Shown here piece by piece: positions 26,701 to 40,300 of a stretch of DNA of 64,000 bases. Location: the NCBI GenBank assembly GCA_051294375.1, contig JBJCIZ010000744.1, positions 1,726,262 through 1,790,261 of the forward strand. The letters run 5' to 3'. The notes beneath the pieces were generated by a model. That model was not told the origin of the DNA. It ran no database searches and worked only from the letters and a program-made list of their open reading frames with translations. Within the stretch, counting starts at the first letter, position 1; each line of letters begins with the position of its first letter. The DNA is from Paraspadella gotoi. Taxonomy: Eukaryota > Animalia > Chaetognatha. The position numbers and the translations under genes are program-made.

Positions 26701-29258
26701 AGCTCCTTTAGATTATTTATATATTTTAAATCTAGTCGGTCTATGTAAATTATAAAAAAAAATCTTTTTTTAGTTCTCATTTATTTGTTTATTTATTTGT
26801 TTCCTTAAAAAGTTCAACTTTTAATTTTCTATTTATAATTTAGTATAATTTACTATTATTCATTATCCTTATACATGAAAAAAAAAAGATTCTCAATTAA
26901 TAATAAATAATAATAAACAATCCACCGTCCTTCAGAGACAACCTACCGAGACGGCGCGTCCCGCAAAGCCGCCTGGACCGAATACACCGTCCACGGAAAG
27001 AAGGTCTGTCGTCGAACCTTTTCTTTTCTCCACGGGATGAGCGACACGACCTTGAAGAGAGTCTGCGGACATTACGACAAGTTTGGCCTCAAGAAACGGT
27101 GGGTTTTGTTGATGATGTTATTGTCGGAATAGATGAGCGGAGAAAAGGACCCTGCGACGAACGGTTTCCTGTTGGTACCGTTTATCTACTTTCATTTAGT
27201 AGTATCAAATCTTAGTAGTATCAAATCTAATTATGTACCAAAGAGTCGGTCTTCTTTAAAACTCAAAAGCGCATCGCATCGATGAGAATTAAATGGTGAG
27301 GTGAGAAAAAAAAAAGAAATTAATTTGGTGACGGTCATCCCTTTTGTTTTTAAAAATCAACATTAACAACAACAACAGCTTCCTGTGACCTGCAATAATC
27401 TTCTTCCAGAGAACACGGTAACGCGGGCAAGACTCCTGTCAACGCCGTCTCGGACGAAGAAGGTCGCGTCATTGCCGACTTCGTCTTGGCATTCGCCAAA
27501 GCCCACGGCAGCCCAGCCGTCCCTCTCTCTGCCGCCAGCGCGAGGCTCAATTCCGTAGCGGGTGGGTGAAGGTCCGGTCCAGTCAGATATTGGATGAGGC
27601 AGATATTGGCGAGGCAGATATTGTCAAGTAGAATATTGACAAGCCAGCCAGATATTGGCAAGCCAGTCATATATTTTCAGGCCAGCCAGATATTGGCAAG
27701 CCAGTCATATATTTTCAGGCCAGCCAGATATGCTCAAGCCAGCCGGATATAGTCAATCCAGCCGGATATGGTCAAGCCAGTCGGATATGGTCAAGCCAGC
27801 CGGATATGGTCAAGCCAGTTGGATATGATCAAGCCAGTTGGATATGATCAAGCCAGTCGGATATGATCATGCCAGTCGGATATGATCATGCCAGTCGGAT
27901 ATGATCATGCCAGTCGGATATGATCATTCCAGTCGGATATGATCAAGCCAGTCGGATATGATCAAGCCAGCCAGATGTTGCCAAGCCAGACAGATGTTGG
28001 CAAGCTACATATTGTTACGCCAGTTATTTGCAAGCTCTTTTTTAATATTTAAATTAACTCCTCACCCCCGTCAGGCCTGGACCTAAGCATGAAACGTCCC
28101 CACCGCCTCATCCTTCCTCTGAGCAAGAAGGACGTCTGGCTGAGCTACAAACGCCACTGCGAGGAGGAGGGGCTCAGGGTCGTCAAACTCACCCGTTGGA
28201 GGACGTTTTGGCCCGAGTCTGTCCTCACCCTCAACAAGGCTGACGGACAGGGGATGGTGGTGAGATTTGAGAGGGGTGAGGGGGTGTGAACGGGTTAAGA
28301 GGAGGTTATTATGTTGTATTGACGAGCGGGGTAATATTTTGAATTGATTACAACCATTATACAAATTATCCATTCGAGTGAATTAATGAATGAAAAGATG
28401 AATGGAGGAATAAATAAAGAAAAAGTAAAGATGATGTAGAAGAAGAAAAATAGAGAAAATAATTCGTAAATAATAAAAATAATAAGTAAATACGTAAATG
28501 AAAAAAAAAAAAGTTAAATTGAGAGATGAATTTAAATAAAAGGGGAAATGACTTTTGAAACAATTCCCCCCGACAGATTCGTCCGACGCCGACGGAAGAG
28601 CCACGCCCACCTTCTCCTTCTCTCTCTCCTCCCAAAGAAGCGGAATCCGCCGCTTTAACCTCCGACGCCGCAACAGCCGCAGCATCCGCAGCAGCCATCA
28701 CCGCTCCAACCCTTGCTCCCCCCATCGCCTCAACGCCCGCCACTTCCTCCCTCCCCGTCACCCTTCACTCCCTCCCCGTCCCTCTGCACTCCTTGCCCTC
28801 CCGCCCTTTATCCCCTGCCAGTTTCCCTGACTAACATGCCAGTTTCCCTCACGACCATGCCAGTTTCTCTTCATTCCCTGCCGACGACGATCTTTCATTC
28901 CGTCGCTCGAGTCCAACGCCCCGTCACCTCCCTCGCTCCATCTCCTCCTACTCCTCTCCCTCCACGTCTCTTGGACGACGACGACGCGCACCAACAGCAG
29001 CAGCAGCAGCAACAGCCGGACGAGAGTGTGGGCGAGACCAAGGATAGGCTGAATCATCAACGGCCTCAACATCAAACTTCTCAGCAGGCTCAACATCTTA
29101 ACCTTCAGCAGCCTGAACATCCAGACGACGACGACGCTTTACCTCATCGTCATCATCATCATCACCATCATCACCCGAAACATCAAAGACAAAAACTGAA
29201 GATGTTGGGAACCAAGAACAGTCTGAGCGAACTTTACAGCAGTCGGGGCACTCGCTGA
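20368..29258 (+). CDS. Uncharacterised Pro/His/Gln/acidic low-complexity protein with a Cys-containing transposase-like domain; exons 20368-20723, 21199-21407, 22456-22572, 22643-22900, 23234-23331, 23644-23764, 23884-23975, 24097-24212, 24704-25454, 26061-26208, 26572-26694, 26936-27098, 27410-27561, 28075-28259, 28577-29258
   Basis: 15 GC-rich blocks bounded by GT/AG with consistent phases. Exons 10-14 encode a globular region: KGCGC...CY..FS.EEI..KR...Y.VHGKKVCRRTFSFLHG...HY...GL..REHGNAGK.P.NA...FV..FA...LP.SKKDVW.SY...W. There is an apparent 1-nt frameshift near 28800. Confidence 0.75.
21425..22135. repeat. Minisatellite, about 33-bp unit, about 20 copies (intronic)
   Basis: Unit ttagtttgtgaacgtttacggttaatcggtcaa with scattered indels. 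Confidence 0.95.
25578..25880. mobile_element. Palindromic MITE-like element
   Basis: ctttcattaagttggtcaaaaatcagaaaaacc / ggtttttctgatttttgactaacttaatgaaag and ttttgacaaggaatttcaaatctgccatcaaaatt / aattttgatggcagatttgaattccttgtcaaaa are nested inverted arms. Confidence 0.8.
27578..28010. repeat. Minisatellite, about 19-bp unit, about 20 copies (intronic)
   Basis: Unit caagccagtcggatatgat with graded variants. Confidence 0.95.
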
Positions 29259-29931
29259 CGCTTGCTTGTTGAAAAACTATATTGATACAATGATTTGTTT
29301 TTTTTTTACAAAACACTTGTATCTATTTTTATATGAAAACTACTACAAATTATGATTCATTCCTGGAAAAGTGGGCAATCATAGATAGTTAAAAATTTAG
29401 AAATGGCTTCTCATCATCAAGATCTTTTAAAATGATGTTTCATATTGATACAAGGATTTGTTTATTTTATTTATAAAATAATTATATCAGTTTTTATAAA
29501 AAAATCTATTACAAATTACAATTAATTCTTTTAAAAGTTGTGGAATCACAGGATCACATTCAATTCATTTTATTTTATTAATTTATTTTATTTTTATATA
29601 TTTATTCATTTATTTTTTTTACTTTGTTTATATATTTATATTTATTTATTTTTTACACATTAAGCCAAGTTTGTTTTGTATAAAACTTAGTTTCCCTGTA
29701 TCAAATATTTTTTTTCGTTTGAGTATCAAAGTTTGTCGTGGGTCCAGAATTTTTTTAAGTTGATTCTTTCTCTCGTTATTATTTATCAAAATATTTGTCG
29801 CGGCAATTCCATCTTTTAAATCGTGTTTTGTTTTTTTTAAATTTTGTTATAGATTTAATACTAATAAATATGAAGGCTCAAGAAGACCTATTTTTTAAAA
29901 TAAAGAACTAAGTCTAAGGAAAAAAGGAACA

Positions 29932-32900
29932 ATGAAGACGACGGAGGAGAAAGAAGAGAAGACGACGACGACGACGCCTTCAATTTCTTCCTTTAATTTT
30001 CGCAGCGAAATTTTCGAAGAGTTCAGTTATTCTCACGCGGCGCTGGTCAATTCCGAACCTGATTGGCTCAAGGTGTGCCAACGTTTTTAGGTTAACTCAT
30101 TAGTTTATATAAGTTTTTTTTTAAATCTATTTGCTTTACTATTTCGTTAACTTTGTTTCTGTTTCTAGTTGAACAGCCTTTTTTTCATTTTCTTAATTTA
30201 TATTTTGTTATTTTTTTAAAATCATTGTTTGTTTTTATTTTTTGGTAATTTCTAATATTTTTTTAAGGCTTATCGAAAAACGTTCTCCATTCCGGCACCG
30301 ACGGATTTGATCCGCTGCTCCGGCGATCCCCCGGCAAAGTGGCTTCGGTTGTCCGCTTTGCCGATAAGCCAGGCCGCAAGCAGCAATCCTGGCCGGAAAG
30401 AGGAAACCGCTGGCGGCGGCGACGGCGACGGCGTCGGCGACGTCGCCGCCATCGAGGGAGAGATAAAACTGGACGATGAGGATGAAGAAGAGGAAAAACA
30501 AGAAAACGACAACAACAACGAAAGCGTCGACGCCGCTCCGAATGTCGCCGCCTCCGAAGACGTCGACGAGGAATTCGGCGAAGGCACGGATGTCGCCCCC
30601 GCAGCGCCGCCAGCGCCCGTCGTCTCCAAGACGAAACTCTTAACCGAAGACATCGACGACGAATTCGGCGACGATGACGATGACGGCGGCGGCGGAGGAG
30701 GAGGAGGAGGAGGAGGAGGAGGAGGAGGAGGATCAGAACGCTCCTCCTCTTCGGACGTGTCTCCCCAATCGGCGAAAAAGAATTTACGCGGAAACGCCGT
30801 CGATTTGTCAGAGTCTTTAAAGCGGCTTCTTTTTGCTAATAGGCAAAAGTATAAACCCAGGTGAGGGGCTGGTCAGGCGAACGATTTGATTCGATAAGTG
30901 ATATGATTTAGTTTATGGTGGACTATAATCAACCTACCGTCCATTATTGTCATTTTAATCTTTGTATAAATTTCCCCATCTCTTCTCTCCCCACCCCCCA
31001 TTTTTCCCCCCACCCCCCTCCTATCCCTCACTCTCTCCATCACCACCATGCCCCTTCTCCCCACTTTCCTCCATCCTCCAGATACCTCGACGACTACAGC
31101 AAACGCGCCGTCGTCTACGAACAAACTCAAGCGGCGGAATATCCCCGTCACTCTGACCTCGAGGCTTCGGAGCAGCGAGACTATCTCTTTCTCTTCCTTC
31201 AAAAGTTCGGCAAGTATCGCTTTCCCATAAATCGACCCGTGGAGAGGATCGTCCCGAGGGTCATGCCTCTCGAGCCGGAGAAGAAGAGGCTCTTCGAGAA
31301 GTTGCGCGACGTCGTCCTCAAAGAGAGGAAGGTGATTAGAATAGGGGGACGGAGTTATTTTGTTAAAAATGCGTCTATCACATCATATCTATAGTAAAAT
31401 AAGACTATTATGAAAACTATCAAAAGATATGAGAAATGGTCCAAACTACTACAATATGTAAATGAGATTGAAGAACTCAATCTCATTTGAAATGAACCAC
31501 AAATTATTCTGCTACACCCGAAATACTAATCCTTTTTTTTTGAAAGCAGTGACTTCATATAAGTTGTACAGGGTTGTTTACCGTTTACTTAACCACCCTA
31601 ACGGCATAAATCTCATTTCCTCAAGGCCTTCGACATTTTCTCTCTCAAAAACGCGATCGACGGACGAGCGATGGGCAACCGTCACTCGATGACGACTCGA
31701 TGCATCGTCGACTTCGTTTCTCGTCTCCTTCGTCGAAAACACGAAAGTCACGTTAATTATCCGCCCAACTACGCCCCTCTGCCGGCGTCGCCCGGTCGCG
31801 GCGGCGATTCGGCGTCCTACCGCCGCACCGTCTCCCTCGCCAAGCCCAGAGCCCCGCCGGGCGCGGCCCCGCCGCTCCGCTTCATCGCCACCCCGCTCCA
31901 CGTGGGCTCTATCCCTAAAGCCAACGTGCCCAAGATCGAGACGGACGCCGATTACAAGTCGATCGTCAGTTTGGATCTGAACGGAAAAGTGCAGGACGTC
32001 TTGGGGAAGTCGTTGGCCGAGAGGATGACCAATCGGTTTTTGATCGACACTCCAGCGCCGCCGGAGGACGCTGCCGCGGCGGGAGGCGGCGCTGGAGCTG
32101 CGGCGGCGGATAAGGCGCCGACGCTACTGAAGAAGCCGCTGTCCAGTCAGGATTTGAACGCGGAGAAAATCGCCGTCAAGTACAGGTTGTTTTTTTTTTT
32201 GTTTTTTTTACCACGCGTCGCGGGTTCAATCCCTGGGTATCCTGGTTCTGGCTTAAATGAGACGTCACCGGTTTAAACATTCCAGTGACAGGAGGCGGTC
32301 AATTGAGGCTGAGGGTCCGCACTCCGCAGTCCCGACGCCAGTTGAAGAGATACCCCGCGCCCCGGGTATCACCTGAATTACTCCCGTTGCCATATTGACT
32401 TCTTCAGTTTCTAATAATTAATTTATTTCGTCATTGGAAGATTTACGCGCTTGATTCATCTACTTGGGGTGGATTTTAAGTGGATAATTGAAACGTTTTA
32501 AAATGTATAATATGCAAATGATATCTAGAAATTAACTGAGAAAGCAATTGTCGTTTTCCCTCTCCCCATCAGAGCTTCCATCGTCTGTACGCCTTCCGTC
32601 ATCAAGTGTCTCCTCGACAACAACGACGAAGAGGAGAACAACCTCCCCGCTTGGCACCGTCCATGGCAAATCCCCGTCGTCGTCAAGGAGTACGAAGTCC
32701 GCCAACCCGACGGGTCATCTCTCAAGCACAAGGTCGTCTACTTGGACAAGCCGCTCCCTAAGCGAGCTTACACTCCGCGCGAGATGAACGAGATCTTTGT
32801 CAAGAAAGCGTTTTTGGAGATGTACTCCAATTCGAACAAGCGGCCGCCGCCCGCGGCGCATTACGCCAAGGCCGCCGCGGGCGCTGCCAAGCGGGTCTTC

Positions 32901-33835
32901 AGCGGCGGGGCGATGAAGAGGCCGATCTCGCCCACGAGGGAGGAAGAAGAGGAAATTGGAGGAGGAGGAGGAAAGAAGAAGAAGAAGAACAAACCGTCGG
33001 CGAAGAAGAGAAATGCGAGGATGCAGGTAGGGTGGAGGAAGAGGAAAAAGTTGAGGGGGAAGAGGAAAAAGATGAGATTAAGCTACTATTTTAGAATATA
33101 CATTGTATATTGTATGTACATTGTATTGATTTACCCTTGGTACCCATTGTAAAAAACCAGCCAATTTTCTAACCGTATCTTAAATTTCTCTACCCTCTGG
33201 AACGCGCAACTACTCCCATCATCGGAATGCATAAAATTCCTTATTAATTATTAATTATTAATCTAATGAGTGAATGTCTCGAATATATTCTGCCGACAGG
33301 CGACGCGCGACTCGACCCCTTCTCACGTCCACTCCAAACCCGACGCCCCTCTCCTCACCTCTGCTCCGGGCGGATTCAGAATGACCAAGTTCGTCGCCGG
33401 AGAAATCCTTAAACCCAACGACGCCCCCGTGCGCTTCACCGAATCCGGAAAGGGAGGAGAGAAGGAAGAAAGTAAAAAGCCGACGATGATGAGCCTCTTG
33501 CCGCCGTCGCCAGAGGGCGTGGCGCAGTTGGACGGAGCTGGGGACAGCGAGGACGAGGAGAGGTGAAGGAAAGAGGTGGAGGGTGGGAGGGAAAAGGTTT
33601 GGGTTGAGGAGGAAGATAAGTTTGTTGGGAAACAATGGGGCGAGGAAGATTGTGAGGAAAAATGTCGGAATGTGTTGTGTAAGGGATGATTATCTAAGAT
33701 GATCTTGAATGAGATTGAATTTTTCAATCTCATTTACATATTGTAGTGTTTGAACTTTTAGTTGCAGTAAAAATAGTAGTTGTAGAAATATCGGGAGGGA
33801 AGTGACCTTGAGTTTATACTTTACAGTAGGATACT

Positions 33836-33888
<53 letters not shown>

Positions 33889-34327
33889 CGGTGGGGAGTA
33901 AAAATGAAATTGAAGAAGTAAAATGAGCGTCAGTGACAAACTTTCGATGAATCGCGATAATTATGGATAACGAATGAATAAATAATCATTGGTTATTAAA
34001 CAAAGTAGCATAAATCAATGATCCATGATCAATCCACATTTCCGCAATAGTTTGTCCCCTGACGAAAGGTCATGGGAAATAAGTAGAGGACAGAAGAAAG
34101 AAGCGAGGAAAGTCGAGAGGGAGCAAAGGTCAGGGATGATGATGTAAAGCGTGATCACGAGATCACCGGACAGTTTTCACTCAATCTGTAACTTGTTGTC
34201 TTTAGTCTTAGATTTGTTTGATGCTCATCCTGTACTGAATCAAACTTGTTGAATTCTAATTTAAACGAATATATTATTATTAAAGATAATTTGCTCGTCC
34301 TTCAGATTCGCGTCCAACTCTAGCGAA

Positions 34328-34371
<44 letters not shown>

Positions 34372-37300
34372 ACTTTGCATCGATTTGGGGAAAAACGAAT
34401 CCGCGGGGAATTCCATCTCCTCGTCTGTCAACGACGCCGACGACGCCGACAACGACGCCGACAATGACGCCGTTGTTGCGGACGACGATGCTAACGACGC
34501 CGTCAACGACGCTGACGAGGCCGACAATGACGCCGTTGTTGCGGACGACGATGCTAACGACGCCGTCGATGCAGACAATGACTCCGCCGACGAGAACGAC
34601 CCATTTGCAGACAACTCTGCCGACAGATCTGCCCTCTCCCCCAAACTCGTCGCCGAATCCCCCTCCGTGACTAAAGACGACGTAACCGGCGCCTTCGTCC
34701 CGCCGACGGATTCCCTCGAGTGGAAGAACCTCATCGATCCCGACGAGGCGTTGGATATGCCGCTGCCGGGGTTCGGAGGAAGAGGAGGATCTTCGCGGAG
34801 TCGAGACTTCGTCTCTTTCGATCGAGAACCCGAGTCGCCGCCGTCGAGGGAGACTGGGTTTAGATCGAGGTAAGGTCGGTTTAGCAGACTAATTTGTGGT
34901 TTTAATTTCAAAGGAGATTGAGTTCTTCAATTTCTTTTATATATTCTAGTAGTTTATTTATTTATTATTTTATGGCAATGGGAGGATAGCCTGTGATACC
35001 CGGGCCGCGGGGTATCTCACCAACTGGCGTAGGGGCTGCGGACCCTCAGTGACCGCCTCCTGTCACTGGCATGTTTATACCGGCACCGTCACATTTAAGC
35101 CAGAACCGGGATACCCGGGGATGGAACCCGGGACGCACGGATGGAATGAGATGATTTAGCCTGCTCAGCCATTGAGACGAGGCTGAGGACGGACAGCAGT
35201 GAGGCAGCTTTAAGTCTTGCTGCCACAATTTATTATTTCTTGTAAATTTAGACAAAACTAAAAACCCAATAAAAAACAAGTTTGAGCAAACAATGTCGGA
35301 TCTGACTACGATAATTCAGCGGTAATCAGCTAATCATTTGATAAATCCCGATAATTCTTTCAATTTGATCATGACAGATCGTACCATACTAAACCAACGG
35401 CTGCGCAAAATACATGTAAATCGCTTGCAAGGGATTAAGCTGAACTGTTACTATGGTACAAATAAATATTTTTTTTAACTATTATTATTTTTTTAACTTG
35501 CATAATCTTTTTTACTTGCATCATTTTTCAATTCGCCTCATTTTTTCAACTGGCATATGAGAAATATTATAACAGTTAAATTTCGATGCTCCAACATTGT
35601 GATGATCAAAATAAACTATCCGCACACCTACGTAGTGATATCATTCTTATTAGAATTTATGTCTATTTAAAAAATACAAAAAGACAATTGAAGCAATTGA
35701 ACATGAAATAGAGAAGAGCCATGCCATGCCACGCTTTGACGTCACCTTCTCCATCCACCAATCAAATGTCGATCTCGAGTCCGTAAAATAACAACGAACC
35801 CTTGAGCTCGAATCCGAACTCTTCCGTCAGGATCCTCAACATCTTCTCCCTGTCGGGAGATGGTGGAAGCAGCACCTGCAGCACATCAAACCCCCCATTG
35901 AAATCGCGGAGGATTCGTCTAAGGTGAAGACGGAATTGGTGAAGGGAGAAGTCGCCGTAGAAATCGACGATTAGGCGGACGCCAGAGTTGAAGCCAATGC
36001 CTAAAGGAAAAAAATGGGTTAGGCGGGTGGGTTGTGATTGAGTGAGGGATTGATTGATGATTATGTGAGCGAATAGTATTACAGAGAGTGATTGAATGAA
36101 TGAGCAACTGCTGGTAAAAAAATTACGGAAGTAACTCATTATCACGTACAAGCGATCGAGAGTTTGAGCGAGTTGTTTCTGACAAAATCCCGGTGCAACT
36201 ATATATACTGACCTCTGGTTGTGCAAAAGGTAAGCCTTTGAACTTCTTCAACATCTTCATCGCCGCCGTTTCCATCGACACCTTTACCGACGCCGCCGAA
36301 GATGCCGCCATCCTCCCGGTATCTCCGGCTCAATGAAACCAAACAGGCAGCGTTGTCGTGTCCACATGTCATGGCGTCCAACTCATCGGTATGAAAATCG
36401 AGCATTCGGAACGAGAAAAGAAATGATCCGCTTGGCACCAGGCGCTGTTGACAGGCGCTGCTGGACAAAAGACGGCGCCAGGGGTCGCGGGAGTGAAATC
36501 GAAGAGAAGAATCGACGCTGTCGTTGTCGTCGTCATTGACGACATTTTGAGGAGCTGTTTGCTTCAAATTGGACTCGTCATTGTTTGCCCTCGCAAAATA
36601 GACAGTAAAAATTTCATTAATCCTTTCAATTAGTAATTTTAACCGATTATAACAGATCATAACATAACAAATTACTATAAGTATAACAGACTATGAAAAA
36701 TTCTATAAATCAATTTGACCAGTGTCTGAGCCAATACATGTAAATCACTTTCGAGGGATTAAACTTTTTTAACTAATATACTTTTTTCAATTTTTATCTA
36801 TATAATTTTTATTTATATCATTTTTCTTATTTGTATAATTTTATTTATTTTGTAAATTTTTTTAAATTGCATAATTTTTTTAATTAAAATAATTTTTTTA
36901 AACTTTTATAATTTTTTTAACTTGAATAATTTTTACTTAAACTAAAATTGATTAGTATTTTATTTACTAAAATTTTATTTTTTTTTGGAGAGCTATCCGG
37001 TTTTAAAATTTTAAAACATACAAAGGGATTAAACCTTTTCTCACCCCCTCACCTTTCATATCAGGATCTCCATGCCCGTGATGGAGATCCCGCTGGATAA
37101 CGACCCCAGAAAGAGTCGCTCGTTGTTGATGGGAAACTCGGGCAGACTCGACTCTTTCGAGGTTCAGTTGATGACGAAGAGGGCGGAAAGAGAATCGGCG
37201 CCGGGAAGATCGTCCGCCTCCGGATCGGCGACCGAGAGAGACTCGGCCTCCGGAAAATCCGGAAAATCCGAAACTGGGATCGATGGATCGAAAACTTTCG

Positions 37301-40300
37301 TCAAAAAGTCGGGCGACGTTAAAATGACGACGACGACGACGAAGAAGAAGATGAAAAGACCTTCGACGGATTTCGCCGAATCGTCCGAGCGAAAATCCCT
37401 TGGCGACGATTCCTTAAAGGCGAACGCTTCAGCGACGATCGCCCCGAAGGAGAAGTCGGGGCGAAAACTGGGCGGGGAAATAGGAACGACGACGAAAAAG
37501 TTTCGGACACCAAAGAGTGAGCGCCTTTCGAAGGGGGAGAGCGAAAGCGCTGGAGCAGCTTCGCGAACGGCGTCGTGCGGTGGAGCGCCGGATGACGGAG
37601 CGAATGCTGGAGCGGAGAGGGCGGCGGCGATTGGTGGAGCGACCGGTGACGTTCCCGGAGCGGAGAGGATCGTCGAGAAGGAAGAAGGAAAGACGGAGGA
37701 AAAAGTTGAAGGTATGACCGAGTGTGGAAATGGTGTGGGCTAATTTAAAGTTGTGATAATGGAATTATATTTAGTTTAGCTAAATACACATACTTCGGAA
37801 TGATTTATTAATTTTTCGTTATTCAGGTTCTTTTTTTTAAACTACTACTCTATGCAAATGAGAATATGTTCTCCATAACAAACAACCATTTCAACCTTCT
37901 CCCCTCATCTCTCTCCAGCTCCTCTTCCTCCTCCTCCTCATCCTCCTAATCCTCCCGCCTCGGAATCCGTCGTGGAGAAACTCAAACGTCTCTTGGGCGA
38001 AGAGTCTCTCCCGACGCCGACTCTGTCTTCAACCAAGCCTCAGGAATATTTCTCCACGCTGAACAAAACCCTGCGGAGCGGCGTCTCCGCGGCGACGTCG
38101 GCGTCGGAGCGGCCGCGGCAGCCCGGCGAAGCGTTGAAGGACGATCCCGATCTTTACTTTCATCCCGAGGATCCGGGAAGCTTCAACGTACAGTACGGAC
38201 TCTGGTCCGTCGGTCCGTTCGGACTACTCGTACGGAGCTCAGTCGACGCTTACGTACCGCCAGGTTTTTTTAAAGGATTTTCAAAGGGGGGGGGGTGGAA
38301 ATTGCTGAGGTTGTTGATAATTTTGGTTTGATTTCGGTCCGTTTTGTTTTATTGTTTTGTTGGTTTTAGTTATGTTTTGTGTTTTAGGTTTGTAGCGTAA
38401 TTTTTGTTTGGTTAAATTGTAGTTTTCTGTTGTTTCTAGTTTGTATTATTAAATTCGTTTGACGCTTCGATTAAACGAGAGATAAAAATTAGTTTTCGGT
38501 TCTTGGCTTGAGGTTCGAGTGATCCTTTTTTCAGGATAAAAATGAATACATGAACCTGTACTGGGGACACTTTCACATTAAATTCCTTTGCCTCGTCAAC
38601 TTGTCCCCCAGAGTTCTCAATTTAATAATAATATTCCAGTTCAAATTGTCGGGTTCGTTAATGCATTGTTTAATATTCAAATACATATGTATTCGTTTTA
38701 GAACGATTTTGGGGCTTGACTTTTTTATTTAAATATCGTTGCTTTAAACCTCGCGGTCGTACAAATTATTTTTCGTTTTCAGGAGTGGACGGGATCATGC
38801 GGAATCACGGCATCACCTTCTCCACCAAGTTGGAGTATCAGGCCAAATTCGGTTGCGAGAAGACGCGATACTGCGAGGTGGTGAGGGAATGGGTCGACAC
38901 TTACCTCACGCAGAGTACAAAGTGCTTCAGGGCGAGGTAAGGGCTGAGGAAGCTGAGTGGGTGTTTCTGGATGAGATTTTTGGACAACGTGGTAATATTA
39001 TATTATAGCAATATTATACAAAGCCAGCTTATTTATTGAATGAATGGTTAATTTAATATTGATTGTACCAATTTCATAAAATTCAACTTATGGTGGACTA
39101 AAATCCACCAACCGTTCATCAGCGGCCATTGGTGCCGGAGGAAAGTCATTCGCCTCCCAACCCAAAGGTCCGGGGTTCTAGCCCGGTGGTCGCCTAGCAG
39201 TTAAGAGGGACGGGGCGCTTAACCCGCCTGTAACACGGTGTTACAGCCTGATCCGAAGCTCAGGGACTGCTTGTATTGAACGGTTCTGTCATTAATACAT
39301 AACAATAATTACTGTCTCTTCAAACTCTTTGTATTTTGACACAATATGGTATTCCCTGATCTAATATTTAAGGAAGTGGTCTTTTCATACAATTAAAGCG
39401 TTCTTTGAAATTCCATTTCATTGTTAGGGAAGCCAGGAACTCTGGGACTAAATAAACGAGACTGTGAGAGAGTTTTGATTAAAAGCTTGCAGGGTCCTGC
39501 TATGTTATTACCTTGTGTGATGGAGGCCTTAACCCACCAAAGCCTGCCCAAAGTCAGGGGCAAGATAGCTTTATTTATTGAAGGAATGGATAATTTTATA
39601 TTATTAAACAATTAACATTGAAACCGCCCACGAAAAAGTTATAAGTACATGTATTTTAATTTTTTCATTTAATTCATTTAATTCTTCCTTTCTATTCCTT
39701 TAACCATCTGCAGAATCAACATCTACCTCGGCAAACCTATGCTCTTCGAAGACCTCTACCCACCGAATCTGGACGAAGAGTTGGAGGAGGTGTGCCACTT
39801 GAGCGGCCTCGACGTCTCCGCCTTCCTCTTCTCCTTCTTCGAGGCGATGCTGGCTCTTCCGCCCGGCAACTTCCTCTTGGATCACCCCGTCGGAGAAGGG
39901 GAGTGTCAAGTCTTGAAGGCAGTGGCGGAGGACGAGGCTTGGACTCACACTATTGGAGAGTAAGTGGAAGGGAGAAAGAAAGATGGGTTATAAAGACAAA
40001 ATATAAAGAAAGAAATATGGGATTGAAAGACAAAAGAGATAGTAGATAGAAAGCCGGATGGTAAAGAATGACTGAATAATAAGAGAAAGCTAAGAAAGAT
40101 AGAAGAAAGAAATATGGGAAAGACGGAAAGAAAAACTAATTGGAAAGAAAGATGGGATAGAAAGACAAATTTAAAAAAAAATGATAGAGATCAATATGAA
40201 TGAATGAGTACTCATGAACGAAAATGACTGCTTGAAATGGAAACTGAACGTATAAATAAATAAATAAATAAATGAGAAGATTTAACCAATGAATCAACGA

